A stretch of 64,000 nucleotides of DNA from Octopus bimaculoides (GCF_001194135.2 NC_068981.1:159221119-159285118), one strand, 5' to 3'; counted from the first letter of the stretch, positions 37,601-51,520 are shown. Numbers and translations: made by a program. Notes: generated from the letters alone by a model not told the origin.

Positions 37601-38299
37601 GACTTTGTTTAAATTCCTTCTTCCTCTCACTCCCTTATTCAAAAGCTTATTTCTCCCTACATTTACATACACATCTCGTACTGTGCCCTCCACATATTCT
37701 GATTGAATTTTCCATGCGTCAACATGTAGATCCTTGCTACAATGTAATCTTTAATTCAATCAAGATATCCTTGGCCTGAAGAGTAGCCGGCGGAGAAAAA
37801 GGAAAAAAGAAGAAATGAAGCAACGGGAGATCAAACACGGGAACCGGAGCCTTCAACAAGTAAGGAAGAGGAGGGAAGAAAGGAACTGGAAGACGAGCAA
37901 CAGAGCGAAATAGAAATGCCAGCACTAACGAAAGAAAATGAAGATGCATATACACATATTGATTGCCTTTGATTAGGAGCAAACAGTTTTTGCTTTGTTT
38001 TTTATCTTTTTGTTTTCTTCTTTTTTTTTGCCTTTCAGAAAGAGATAAAATTCATTGAATTGATGATTCATTCATATCGATAATATTTATTTTATCGAAA
38101 ATTCGCCTAATGCATTCTGTGAAATAGTTGATGTTAGGAAGGGCTTCTAGTCATAGAAATCCATGCCAAAAGTAGAATGTACAAATGAGACGTGATTTTC
38201 ACCCTATGCCTGTAGGGAATGAAGAGCAGTAAATCTGAAGAACTGCTTCGGACCGTGACGACACGAATGATCTATGTCAGCAGGAAGATTGGACGGAGA

Positions 38300-38352
38300 A
38301 CAACAATGACAATGATGTTATTGTTGTTGTTTTTGTTGCTGCTGCTGCCGTC

Positions 38353-38383
<31 letters not shown>

Positions 38384-38600
38384 ATGATGCTGATGATGAT
38401 GATGATGAGGAGGAGGAGGAGGAGGAGGAGGAGGAGGAAGAGGACGACGACGACGACGACGAAGACGACGACGACGACGACGACGATGATGACGATGACA
38501 ATGGTGATGAAGGAAAAGTATCCGAAATGTCCAATCAGCCATTGTCGTCGTCGTCTTCGTCGTCGTCGTCGTCATCGTCGTCGTCGTCGTCCTCCTCCTC
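38300..38600. repeat. Compound trinucleotide array (TTG/CTG/ATG/GAG/GAC/GAT then CGT)
   Basis: Read directly from the sequence. Confidence 0.95.
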
Positions 38601-39667
38601 TTGATAAATTAACTCTATTTATTTATATATTTTTATGCATGAACATTTTATAGATTAATTATTTTTTTTGAATCGGAATCTTAGCGATCGATTCTTCCCT
38701 TGCAAATTTGTATCGTTGTACCAGTATAAGAAATTCATTTTAATTCGCTGAGTTAGGGTGGGAAGATGCCAGAAACGGTATAGACAGTTGGAGTGAAAGT
38801 TTTGCAGTATTCAGTTACGTTAAATCATTAAATTTGGTGTTCCATTTCATCTGTCTTCTCCATTAACTCCTCAATAATATTTTGTTAAAGGGCGGTAGCT
38901 GGCAGAAACGATAAAAGTACATTGACATATCAAGTTACGTCCCTTTATTTAATTTTCCGTTCTCGCATGGATCGTCTTGGCTTTTCATGAAACAAGTTGA
39001 AACAAGTTGATACTCTGCTGCTGCTGTTGTTGTTGTTGTTGTTGCTCCTGCTGCCGCCGCTGCTGCTGCCGCCGCTGCTGCTGCTGCCGTTGTTGTTGTT
39101 CCGCTCTAGGCCACACGTTGGTTGAGCATTCCAGTCAGATCCATTCCGTCATTTTAGTTCCCGGGACTACATTGTCCAGTATGTCCTTCCGTAATTTTAG
39201 GGAGTCTTGGCTGCTATTTCTAACAAATCAAGAAATCACATACAGGCTTCACGTGTTAAACTATATGTATTGTTGTAATATAAAAATATCAATATACTGT
39301 AGGAGCTTTTTTTATTTGTTTGTTTAGTCAAAAGACAAAGAGCAGCACCCATGACTCTCAGGCTTCCACACAGTTTTCACACAATGCTTTAGTCGACCTG
39401 AAGAAAACATGGAAGAATGTATTTGTCCTAGGTGCTGCGCGGTGAGATTGAACTCGAAAGCGCGTACTTACAAATATAACTTTTTAATTGGACAATCGTA
39501 CCTGCGCCTCTAAGCGTTAAAGAGAATGAGTTAAGTTCCGTTCCTGCTAAATCAAAATAGTGAAGCAGCCAGATGAACTTTTTGAAGCCATTCACTAAAA
39601 CAATTAGGAGCGATATGAATGTCACATTGTACCAGCGCCTCTACTACAAAAATTATACGTCCTAAGA

Positions 39668-39977
39668 CAGGGTTGGCCAACCTGAAGACCGTTGGCCGCA
39701 TGCAGCTCGCTTGATACTTTTTTGAAATAGATTTATTTAAACAAACATTTTGAAAATTTTATCAAAAATTAAAGATTGTAATGAAAAGTAAAAAAAGAAA
39801 GATGTTACTATATTTGTAACGATAACATTTCATGTTGAATCAACAATCATTCATTCATTATTGAAATAATAGCATAAGAAAGCAAAATGCTTTCAATTCT
39901 GTCAGTATACAAGCGGCTCTCAAAAACCTTTCTGTGATTAAAGTGACCCGCAATGTAATTCGAGTTGGCCAGGCCTG
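39668..39977. mobile_element. hAT (Charlie-like) MITE
   Basis: TIRs CAGGGTTGGCCAAC / GTTGGCCAGGCCTG and a perfect 8-bp TSD TCCTAAGA. Confidence 0.9.
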
Positions 39978-40019
39978 TCCTAAGACTTAAACAAAATGAA
40001 TTAATATTTATTTGTAGAG

Positions 40020-40235
40020 TAGGGCGGCGATCAGGAAGAATCGTTAGCACGCGGGGCAAAATGCTTAGCGGCATCTCGCCTGTCTTTACGTTCTGAGTTC
40101 AAATTCTGCCGTGGTCGACTTTTCCTTTCATCATTTCAGGGATCGATAAAATAAGTACCAGTTAAACCCTGAGGTCGATGTAATAGATTTAGCCCCACCC
40201 TTAACTTGATGGCCTTGTGCCAAAATTTGAAACCA
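40020..40235 (+). mobile_element. Repeat family B, CpG-retaining copy
   Basis: Same family. Further copies lie at 41462-41676(-), 52358-52560(+) and 60610-60780(+). Confidence 0.8.
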
Positions 40236-41937
40236 ATATTTATATAATTGCTGAGTAAGTGATCGTTATAAAGACGGACATGTGTTTCCAACATGTAGAA
40301 AACAAAGAAAGGGAGAAAGAGGGAGGGAGATACAGAGGGAGAGAGAGAGAAGGGGGGAGAGAGAAGGGGAGAGAGAGAGAGAGAGAGAGAGCTTGAGTCA
40401 GTGAGGTAACTTGTACGTAGTCGTCCCATCTGTTAAAAATAACAATATCCCCAACTCAGATCACGTCTTAAAATAAAATAAAGAAAAGAAAAGGAGAGAT
40501 ACACGTTAGATAATCCTGAAAAGACAAAATGGTCAGTTGGTATAGATTTGATCAAAGACTTGCTTGACAAAAAGTTTGCTAAACGACAACCGAACAACCA
40601 CTGCGACATGATTCCAATGCCTGATTAAATTATTTCATACCACTTGCATCACTAATGTCCTTGAGAGAATCATTACGGTTACAATATCACATTTCCTTTC
40701 TCTCATAACTAGGGCTTTAGTCCCTACACAAAAAGAAACATATCTATTTCCTAATTAAAGCGTCAAATTAAATGCTTTACAGTATTTAGTTTTCTTCGTT
40801 CCCTATTTCCCATTTTTAGTTCACATCAGCTATGCCCGTTATTTATTTGGAGGAAGGGGTCAATAAGATAAATGCTAGTGATACGCTGGAATTGATTTAA
40901 CCAGCCAGTTACATGTCTTTGCAGTAAAGATTTACTCAAATACTTCGGTATAGTGTCTGAATCGAAAGAGCATCAAGTTAAATGCCTGTGCTAGTTAGTT
41001 ACAACTCATTACATTCCGAGTGCAAATCCTGCTGAGTTCAACTTTGCTTTCCATCCTTCCAGGGTTGATAGAATAACACTACAAGTAAAAACCTGAGGTG
41101 ACAAGTTGTAGTGGGTTCTTCGTCTGCCTCGACGATGAACATTCATTTGTTTGATCAGATGAATTTCTTCTGAAGAAATTAACACTTAGGGTGACTGAAT
41201 ATTCCCCAGATATGTCGACTCTTCACTTAATTATCAAACCTAGGCTCGGGAACAGGGAGCAAGGGATGCAAGCATACAACCTAAAATTTGGTGGGTAGCG
41301 CAATGAAAACATCTTGAACATCTTCCTGAAGAACTTCATCGCCAGAGCGAACGAGTGTAAAAACATTTTTTTCACTGAGTTGAAACATTTATTTTCCAAT
41401 ATTGGGTTTGTATGATGTACAAATATAAGAATGGTTTCATTTTTTTTTTTTTTTTTTTTGCAGAAGACCAGCAATTTCGGGGAAGGGGTTAAGTCGATTA
41501 CATCGGCCCCAGTGCTCAACTGCCACTGTAAGGATGAAAGGCCGCAGTGCTCAATTGCTCTGTAAGGATGAAAGGCAAAGTCGACCTCGGTGGAATTTGA
41601 ACACAGAATGTAGCGGCAGACGAAATATTGCTAATCATTTTGCCCAGCGTGCTAATGATTCTGCCAGCTCATCGCCTTTGTACAAATATAATAATAATTG
41701 TTATTATTATAATTATTATTTTACCTGTATTTGTTTTGACTGCAAAAATCAACCTAGTTTGTAAAAAAAATTAGGCATATGTTTGCACCCTGAAAGCAAA
41801 TTTCGTTCTCGAACTTATGTTCTCAAGCTGTATCGGCGTGACACAGTGTGGTAAGACTAGATCTTTGAATTAGAGGCCACAATCTAAGGTACAAGGGGAA
41901 GAAACGCTTGCTGTATTAGACAGATACTTTATCAACC

Positions 41938-42116
41938 CAGTAACGTAGCTAGGAGTGGTAGGTGAAGGAGGAAGTCTGCTCCGGCCGACACTTTTATGAG
42001 GAGTGGAAGTTTTGGGTCAGCTGTATAAGCCTGCGTATGCTGGGGGGATTCGGGGTGAAAAGGGGTGGGAAACTCAAGTGATGCCCCGGACGGTATACAT
42101 TCTAGCTACTCCCCTG
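41938..42116. mobile_element. hAT MITE inserted in a family B repeat
   Basis: TIRs CAGTAACGTAGCTAG / CTAGCTACTCCCCTG and an 8-bp TSD TATCAACC/TATCGACC. Confidence 0.8.
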
Positions 42117-43750
42117 TATCGACCCTGAAAAAAATAAACTGAAAGAAAATGTTTATGTCGTTGGGGTTTGAACTCAGAGAGCAGACGTTCTGAACAAACG
42201 TTATTAGAAAATCTATCTGAAGCGTTAACACTTTTGACAATTCGATGCTTTAAAACAAAGCAACCGAGACTCGAACAAATATGACGCTTGTGATGAAAAG
42301 CAGAAGTAAGGGAAACAACTCTATCATAGCTTTAAAATTTTCGTGATAAATCAGGGTTTTGATAAATGCTAGTTTATTATCGAAATGAGCGTTAACAATT
42401 TGATTATTTTCTTGCGCACGAAGGTATATATTTGGGTTCTCTTTCCATTTGGTTTTGATTACTGTTGCTGTCATTGTTGTTCAGCTCCAGGGCAAACCTG
42501 ATCGTACAAATTTATAATTAAAGGCATTTTTATCTTCAGACATAAAGTAACTAGGATAACTAGACATTTCAAAATACAGCACTGAATCAAAGGAGTCTTA
42601 ACCGTGACTATTCTGCTAATTTTTTTATTTTTTCTTGTTTTAGACATACATCAGCTGGGACAATCAAGACAATGTTACTTAATATATATTCCAAAATACG
42701 GTACTAAGTCAGTTCCTTTCGAAGAACTAAGGAACAATCTCAGTTGATTGACTTAATTCTACTGTAATGCTGTTTTATATCGGCACAAGACCACACAAGT
42801 ATAGGGTGGTATATAGAATTGTCTCATCTTAGCGAAAAATCAGAAAATCAGATGATGTTCTAGCGGTTCAGTCTCGCAATATTTCTGTTAATGCCATGCG
42901 TGTTTCGTGTGTAGAATTCAGAGAGTGTGCATATTTATTTATTTTGTTCATTTACTTCGTTCATATTTTTATTTTTACAGGTTTTTTTTAAAAATGTTTT
43001 TACAGTTTTGACTGTTTATCTTTGTGAGGTATGGTTTAATAAAGGAAAAATTAACCAGCAATGTTCCTCGTGTTTAATTAACTGTAGAGAGAGGAAAATC
43101 ATAGTCAATCCCAGCTACATTTAAATTCAATACAAATATAAACGAGCAAAATTAAATGCAGAAGTCCTTTCTTCTCGCAGTGTATAGCTTCTGACCGCCA
43201 TTCCATTCGGTCATTTGGACCTACAGGCACATCAGAGTGCTCTCCCTTACCAGTCGCAATCCCTTCGTCCACTTGTGAACTGAAGGAAAATATGTTCTAG
43301 AGGAAAATATTTCCATTATTTATTTCTTGTATTAAATATTAAAAAAATTTAAATATTATTTTGATTGCAGGCAGAAATAAAACAAAGACCATATGACTGT
43401 TTCGCTAAATACACATACTTCTGACGATCCCTCGCTTGTGTTTTTAACGTGACGTACATGCACATACGCACACACGCATACACACATAAATACATACATA
43501 TATACATACATACATACATACATACATACTCATGCATACATACACACACATGCCTACGTGCATATGCACACATGCACAAGCATGCATTTATTTACGTACA
43601 TATACCTACACATACATACATACATTTGCATACATGTACACACACATGCATACCGGTTGTCAAGCGGTGATGGGGGTACAATCACAGCCATAAAGACACA
43701 CACCCATAGATATATACTTATACACACACGCACACATGCACGCGCGCGCG

Positions 43751-43837
<87 letters not shown>

Positions 43838-43838
43838 T

Positions 43839-43984
43839 CAAGCATGAGCAACCTATTTCAAAAGGCGGGTCACATGAGCCATGGCTCATTATCTGGCGGG
43901 CTGCAGTACTAAACATTTTCAAGGTTATTTTTCATTAGGCGTGCAATTTAGAAAGACCCGCGAGCCGCAGGTTGCCCATGCCTG
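43839..43984. mobile_element. hAT (Charlie-like) MITE
   Basis: TIRs CAAGCATGAGCAACCT / AGGTTGCCCATGCCTG and a degenerate TSD CACTAAAT/AACTAAAA. Confidence 0.75.
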
Positions 43985-44847
43985 AACTAAAACATTCAAG
44001 ACAGTGCCCCAACTTGGTTGCAGTCCAATGAGTGCAACAAATAAAAGATAATAGATAAGGGTTTCAATGTAAACTATTATAAAATACCCTTCAATCAGCT
44101 AAAATCAATATACTACGATTATCATGGTTACCCTTTCTAGTTTCACTTTCAGTATTTCAAGAAGCAAAAAGGGTTATTGCTCAAATTTCACGTGTGACTA
44201 ACTGTCTTTTAGTTGAGTGGAAGCTGATTAGAGGTAATATATATGTATGTGTCTACATGTGTGTGTGTGTACATATATATATATACATACATACTTATAT
44301 ATATATAAGTACACACACACACATATATATGTTTGTTGTACCTTGTTTATCATTTTGTCCATGTTCTTTTGCCACGTCATGTACCCAGTTATGTATCTAT
44401 ATGTACATGTAGATGAAGGTATGTACATACATGTACATATATATGCATATACTCATATATTATTTATATATATATANNNNNNNNNNNNNNNNNNNNNNNN
44501 NNNNNNNNNNNNNNNNNNNNNNNNNNNNNNNNNNNNNNNNNNNNNNNNNNNNNNNNNNNNNNNNNNNNNNNNNNNNNNNNNNNNNNNNNNNNNNNNNNNN
44601 NNNNNNNNNNNNNNNNNNNNNNNNNNNNNNNNNNNNNNNNNNNNNNNNNNNNNNNNNNNNNNNNNNNNNNNNNNNNNNNNNNNNNNNNNNNNNNNNNNNN
44701 NNNNNNNNNNNNNNNNNNNNNNNNNNNNNNNNNNNNNNNNNNNNNNNNNNNNNNNNNNNNNNNNNNNNNNNNNNNNNNNNNNNNNNNNNNNNNNNNNNNN
44801 NNNNNNNNNNNNNNNNNNNNNNNNNNNNNNNNNNNNNNNNNNNNATC

Positions 44848-45689
44848 CAGGGTGCAGTGAATATATTGTCGACTAAGTTACGCAAAAATGAAAATAACAC
44901 TGACATCTCATTTCAACAGATACATTTACCAAAATTACATAAACATATCTTGAAATACTAAAGAATAAATTCATTCAATAAAATCGCCATTGGCTTCAAC
45001 CACGACCGCCAGACGACATCTGAATCTCCTGCAACTCTTCTGGGCGGTCTACTTGTTTAAGTTGGTGAATGCTGCCGTAATCCTTGCCTTCAATTCATCT
45101 TTGTTGGACTCTCGCACAACTGCGCCCTACACATAATAATCAAGGGAGTTGCAGTCTGGGGAGTTAGGTGGTCAAATGTTAGGGGTGATGTGGTTGCAGA
45201 AATTGTCTCACAGCCATGACTGGGTTCTCCTGCTTGTGTGGCATGGTGCAGAGTCTTGTTGCCAGACATAGGGTCTTCCAGCAGCCACCCTCTTGATCCA
45301 GGGAGCACTATCTCCTCCAGGTGCTTGACGTAGGCCTCCGTGTTGAGTGTGAGACTGTGGGAAGATGAATGGAGGCATATTGTCGCCATCACAAGTGATC
45401 ACTCCAAACACCATGATGTTAACCGGATGTTTGATTTTTATCATTCTTGGTACACGTCCTCAGATTGACACCTAAACACTCTGTAATGTTCGCATTGGAG
45501 CTTCCTGCGCGAATGCCAAGCAGTACAGCATGTCGTTTCGAAATTTCTGGTGGAGTGAATTGCGTCATGGTGCTGACTTTCTCACAGTCGTTTGACTACA
45601 GCTATGTAGTCGACAAAATCAAAAACAAACAATGCACATGCGCGAAATTAAACAGTATAAAATGGCAACAATTTACCCATCGCACCCTA
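44848..45689 (-). mobile_element. Internally deleted maT (DD37D)-like Tc1/mariner element
   Basis: KHPVNIMVFGVIT.DG...YVWQQDSAPCHTS...PPNSPDCN.LDYYV.G...ELKARI..VVEANG. TIRs CAGGGTGC.. / ..GCACCCTA. Confidence 0.85.
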
Positions 45690-46584
45690 TATATANNNNN
45701 NNNNNNNNNNNNNNNNNNNNNNNNNNNNNNNNNNNNNNNNNNNNNNNNNNNNNNNNNNNNNNNNNNNNNNNNNNNNNNNNNNNNNNNNNNNNNNNNNNNN
45801 NNNNNNNNNNNNNNNNNNNNNNNNNNNNNNNNNNNNNNNNNNNNNNNNNNNNNNNNNNNNNNNNNNNNNNNNNNNNNNNNNNNNNNNNNNNNNNNNNNNN
45901 NNNNNNNNNNNNNNNNNNNNNNNNNNNNNNNNNNNNNNNNNNNNNNNNNNNNNNNNNNNNNNNNNNNNNNNNNNNNNNNNNNNNNNNNNNNNNNNNNNNN
46001 NNNNNNNNNNNNNNNNNNNNNNNNNNNNNNNNNNNNNNNNNNNNNNNNNNNNNNNNNNNNNNNNNNNNNNNNNNNNNNNNNNNNNNNNNNNNNNNNNNNN
46101 NNNNNNNNNNNNNNNNNNNNNNNNNNNNNNNNNNNNNNNNNNNNNNNNNNNNNNNNNNNNNNGTCTCTTCCTGAGTAGTGGATCAACCCACTACACAGAG
46201 GATTCCAAGGTGGCAAACACAAACCAAGACAGGAAAAAATGGACAGTGAAAGCCGTACGGCCAAACGCAAATCTGAGGTAGAACGCTAGTAGTTCGTCTT
46301 GCCTTCACAGCGGCTGGAGTGAAAAGAAAGTTGACCACAGGTCACACGAGAGCAGAGAGGATGGTGGAGGGAGGAAGTGGAACAAGGAGGAAGGGACAGA
46401 AGCAGTGAAGTAGAGGCCAGGACAGAAGGGTTGATAGGAAGATAGAGGAAGACAGATAGATAAATAGATAGAGAGGATGGTGGAGGGAGGAAATATACTT
46501 CTAACATAAGGATAAAATTTTATTAAAAAGTTTTATCAATGGCCAGCATATGAAAAATACCTTTTAAGGTGAAAATTATAAATA

Positions 46585-46941
46585 CAATTATAAATAAGGG
46601 CAAAAGAAAAAAATTTCTTTGCCGATACGCTGAAAAATAGATGTTAAATCGTCTAACCACATTTTCACTATATTATTACACCATGTGTCGAAACGAGGTA
46701 AGCAAGCTAACAGAAATTCATAAAAATTTTAGTTATCTCCGAATCTGTTGCAATTTCTGGATTAATCGAAAGGATTTTTCCTTCATCAGCGATTTTTATG
46801 AATTTCTGTTAGCTTGCCTATCTCGTTTCGACTCATGTTGTAATAATAATAGTGAAAATATTTTATGTGGTTAGACGATTTAGCATCTATTTTTCAGCAT
46901 ATTGGCAAAGAAATTTTTTTTCTTTTGTCCTTATTTATAAT

Positions 46942-46943
<2 letters not shown>
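46585..46943. mobile_element. AT-rich foldback element / MITE (~145-bp arms)
   Basis: CAATTATAAATAAGGG..GAAAAATAGATG.TAAATCGTCTAACCACA..GCAAGCTAACAGAAATTCATAAAAAT is mirrored at ~46793-46943. Confidence 0.8.
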
Positions 46944-47025
<82 letters not shown>

Positions 47026-47029
47026 AGTA

Positions 47030-47260
47030 AAATTCCCAAGATCCATGGACGAGTTCTCTCCACCGGTCTTTGTCCCTCATCATCGCTGCCATGTTTTGTG
47101 TCTCCCAGAGACCAGTATCTGTCCTTAGGGCATCAACATATGTCATCTTCGGTCTCCCTCTTTGTCGTATTGTAAAACTGTATGCCCCTCTCGGTAGAAG
47201 GGCCAGTAACCAGTCGTCAAGAGAGGGTCTAGTCGGTGTCTTGTGAAGTTATCAACGATA
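47030..47260 (-). pseudogene. RTE-type ORF2 C-terminal remnant
   Basis: MTYVDALRTDTGL..MAAMMRDKDRWRELV matches the RTE end motif. Confidence 0.6.
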
Positions 47261-48410
47261 GTAAGACAAAAGTTAGTGTATTACTATTTCGGTACGAAGA
47301 GATACAACGGTATCCGATAACTAGTAACTATTGGTCTGCCTAAGTCAAAAGGGTTTTTTGTATTCTTCCTTTCTACTTGGAGAGTTTAAATGTAGCTATA
47401 AAAATGTGCCCTTCTGTTGAAATGAAATTTCAGTAAATTTCTATATCTTTGTGCAGTTTCTATATCTTTGTGCATTGCTCTGCATTTTACATTTGATGTA
47501 ATGCTCACATTGCTTAAATAAATGGAGTCGCATGAAACGATCGTACTGCATTAACTTTGGATATCCTTGTTGCTTATTTTGATTTTAATCACCTTATTTT
47601 GGAATTGTATGGATAATACCATACTTAATTCTGGTGCCTAAACTTAAGTACCATATTCACCTTGAATCTAAATTTTATATATNNNNNNNNNNNNNNNNNN
47701 NNNNNNNNNNNNNNNNNNNNNNNNNNNNNNNNNNNNNNNNNNNNNNNNNNNNNNNNNNNNNNNNNNNNNNNNNNNNNNNNNNNNNNNNNNNNNNNNNNNN
47801 NNNNNNNNNNNNNNNNNNNNNNNNNNNNNNNNNNNNNNNNNNNNNNNNNNNNNNNNNNNNNNNNNNNNNNNNNNNNNNNNNNNNNNNNNNNNNNNNNNNN
47901 NNNNNNNNNNNNNNNNNNNNNNNNNNNNNNNNNNNNNNNNNNNNNNNNNNNNNNNNNNNNNNNNNNNNNNNNNNNNNNNNNNNNNNNNNNNNNNNNNNNN
48001 NNNNNNNNNNNNNNNNNNNNNNNNNNNNNNNNNNNNNNNNNNNNNNNNNNNNNNNNNNNNNNNNNNNNNNNNNNNNNNNNNNNNNNNNNNNNNNNNNNNN
48101 NNNNNNNNNNNNNNNNNNNNNNNNNNNNNNNNNNNNNNNNNNNNNNNNNNNNNNNNNNNNNNNNNNNNNNNNNNNNNNNNNNNNNNNNNNNNNNNNNNNN
48201 NNNNNNNNNNNNNNNNNNNNNNNNNNNNNNNNNNNNNNNNNNNNNNNNNNNNNNNNNNNNNNNNNNNNNNNNNNNNNNNNNNNNNNNNNNNNNNNNNNNN
48301 NNNNNNNNNNNNNNNNNNNNNNNNNNNNNNNNNNNNNNNNNNNNNNNNNNNNNNNNNNNNNNNNNNNNNNNNNNNNNNNNNNNNNNNNNNNNNNNATATA
48401 CTCATATATT

Positions 48411-48454
<44 letters not shown>

Positions 48455-48457
<3 letters not shown>

Positions 48458-48464
48458 GACAGAC

Positions 48465-48528
<64 letters not shown>

Positions 48529-48529
48529 T
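48455..48529. repeat. (GATA)n microsatellite (others at 21634-21666 and 63061-63109)
   Basis: Read directly from the sequence. Confidence 0.95.
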
Positions 48530-49024
48530 AAGCACATATATTAAATGTTAATACGTAACTGTTATTACCTTGTGATGTTGCAACTGCTACGATAATTATC
48601 AACTGGTAATTGAACAGTTTGAATTAAAGGTGAAAGAATAAAAGTGAGGGTCTTATCACATAAGAATTAAAAGTGAAAGATTAAAGGTGAAACAATATCA
48701 TATGACATTACAATATAGATGTTATTGTTTCACTTTTGACACATAATACAGAACCAGTCTAAGAGATTGGATCAGGCCCGCATTAGGTAAGAGGTTGAAA
48801 ATTTTTTGGCCCATGATACAAGATAGAGAGTGAGAGACAGTGTGAGTGACAGAAGGATACATTACTATAAACATCCGGGTCTGTATGTATGTATGTATGT
48901 ATGTATATATATANNNNNNNNNNNNNNNNNNNNNNNNNNNNNNNNNNNNNNNNNNNNNNNNNNNNNNNNNNNNNNNNNNNNNNNNNNNNNNNNNNNNNNN
49001 NNNNNNNNNNNNNNNNNNNNNNNN

Positions 49025-49073
<49 letters not shown>

Positions 49074-49433
49074 CGTGTGTGTCAGTGACAGAAGGATACA
49101 TTACTATATACATCCGGGTTTGTATATATATGGATATATATATATATATATATAATATCTATGTTCACACATACATACACGCACACACTTGCAACAGGAT
49201 GTATATAGCAGATCGTCTTGTGTTTTTCTCAACACATATACATATATATGCGCCCTCAGGAAAACTCAGTGAGGGTGTATGTATGTGTGGGAGGAAACAG
49301 TGTGAAGGGGTGGCTGTAGGGTATACATGTCTTTCAAGCATTGTATTGACGTGTGATAAGTGTGTAGTGAATGGGTGGGTAACTGGTTGAGTGGAGGTAT
49401 AAATGACATTGGGAGTGAGGTAGGGAAAGAATG

Positions 49434-49472
<39 letters not shown>

Positions 49473-49689
49473 GAGTAGAGAGTGCGTATGCGTGTGTTTG
49501 GATGTATGTGCCTGTTAGTGTGTGCGTGTGTGTGTGAAAAAAGGAGTGAGTGAGCAAACATATGTGTGAGTGAGTGAGGGAGGGAGGGAGGGAACGAGTG
49601 AGTGCTTTAATGAATGTGTACTTGGCTGAGTAAGAGAGGGAGAAACAGGGAGGGAGAGAGGGCCAGTGACAGAGTGACATGAAGTGAAT

Positions 49690-50900
49690 GAAATTTTTTC
49701 AGTGGGAGTGAGCGAGTAGTGAAGGAGCTTCTATGAAGTCACTTGACCTTTTACATTGGTAAGAATTCAAATCTCCCCCTCCTAACACTTCAGTTTTGAA
49801 AGAACAATAAACCCAACCGAAGAGCCACACTGTGGTCACCGGAGCTGTAAGAAATCGCTGCAAAATATTAAATTCTTGCATTCTAAAAATTGGAGGACTC
49901 AATAGATATGTAGCCCGAAACACACTATCTCTCAATAAAAGAAAGGATGGTCACGGTCGGAAAACATTTGATTCTGGGCTACTGGATCACCTCTGACCTT
50001 GGGATAAACAACAATATGTACAATGTAGAGGTAAATTTCACTGAGGAAAAAAATTGCATAACTCATTTCAAAAACACACCATCGCCACTCACATACCCTA
50101 AACATGAGCAGCTTGTAACCAGAAACTTCATGATCATTTCAAATATTAGACCTCACAAATATTGAGGATCTCTTATGGTAGTCACACATCCTTAACATAG
50201 TTAACTATGTTAACACTCCATCTCAGAGACTGACTTTTCTCTTCGTGGTCAGGAAATAGTTCAACAAAGCCGCCCTCGAACTCTCTCCAGCTTTTGGCCC
50301 GCAGATGTGCTGTCCCCTCCCTCTACCAGTTCTAACAATACTACAATGGTCTCTGCTCCTCGTGATTGGCTGATCTCGTGTCATCACCACTTAGGCACTC
50401 CAGATTCACTCATCTCTTCTTTAATCATCTGTTATTTCGTCCAAACCCGCCATCTCCCAAACTCCGTACGAATCACAATGTCCCAGACCTTCTTGGCCAG
50501 AACATTATCCTTTCGTAATCTCTTCCCTTGTTCATGTCTTTCCAAAAGTAGTCTCATCAGTGGTAAAAATTTCTCTGCTTTTGCGGCGTTTGTGAAGGCC
50601 ATTAGTACCTCCTAAATCTTGCTATCTAAAATACTATGGTAGACTCTGAAGCACTCTGTAATGCCTTAGAGCCTCTGCATCTTTCTAGATGTTGGCCTCA
50701 AACGACATGCACACTTTGTGAGCCTCAGGTGGAGGACAAATCTTACGGAGACTCAAGGTGTAACAAGAGACTCAAAGTGTAATGTCTCACATTATAGTGT
50801 TGATCTCGTAGGTATGAAGAGGTTAAAGTCGTTGTAAAATACTTTACTCAATATCGTAAAGGCATTGCTTGACAGAACGATAAAAACTCCCATAACATAT
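49690..50900 (-). pseudogene. Degenerate RTE/BovB-like RT fragment
   Basis: Scattered frameshifted remnants (FKTEVL region) in the expected order. Confidence 0.4.
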
Positions 50901-51520
50901 ATGTGTAGCAAGGTAATATTGAATACCATATATGATTTTGATTTTTTAATCGGATTGGTTGCAGAGCAGAAATGAAGAAAATTTTGAAAGGGTTTGGAAA
51001 TGCGCTAAAAAGTTAAATGAAACACACACTTCTCATCAAGAACACAAAAATTCCAAGGATGAAAAAAAAAAAAAGAAAAATATGTCTTGGAGAACTGGCA
51101 ACAAAAGTTCCACGGGATCAAACTGTCAAAGACTGCCGTCGTACACCTACCTATTAAAACTATATCAGTCTGGATAAGATCAATGCAGAAATGGAATCAC
51201 TATTTAATGGTAACGACCAAGAAATACTTGGCATACTTAGCTATATTATTCTGTGTTCTGATACTTTAGATGATTCAGATGAGCATCGTTAGCTTGTTGC
51301 ATCATGTTATGGTGCTGATCTTAATCTCTTGAAGGCAGAAAAGGTAATCTACACAAAGTTTGTCACAGACGACATGCATCCATCAGGTCAACAGGTAACT
51401 GCAGGTGTTGGTAAAGCTGTCACGAGACAACGGATTCGATTCCAACATGCATTAAATATCGTGTCATATAGACAGAATGGTTCCTACTTTTCGCTCAGTA
51501 TCATACCAGTCATTACAGAA
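50880..51520 (+). pseudogene. Degenerate hAT (Tip100/ZMYM1-like) transposase fragment
   Basis: NEENFERVWKCA..., LDKINAEMESLF...DQEIL..., CYGADLNLLKAEK resembles the F..W..A / LD.I..E...RF / Y..DL..L..E pattern. Confidence 0.5.

Noticed and set aside
37785-37965. Charged ~55-codon open stretch (AEKKEKRRNEATGDQTREPEPSTSKEEE...) with an internal GTAAGG
   Set aside because: It has an upstream in-frame stop and no acceptor, and purine-rich low complexity explains the open frame.
38219-39327. PolyQ/P/S/C ORFs
   Set aside because: They are trinucleotide arrays without splice signals or unique coding flanks.
41280-41330. DVFIALPTKF, resembling RecQ/Academ helicase motif I
   Set aside because: The GKS is absent, a stop follows immediately and there are no other motifs.
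42960-43030. Plus-strand micro-exon-like TTTTACAG...GAG|GTATGG
   Set aside because: There are no partner exons or coding signal, and such sites are common in T-rich DNA.
48838-49125. ~45-bp unit repeated on both sides of a gap
   Set aside because: It cannot be distinguished from a haplotype or assembly duplication.
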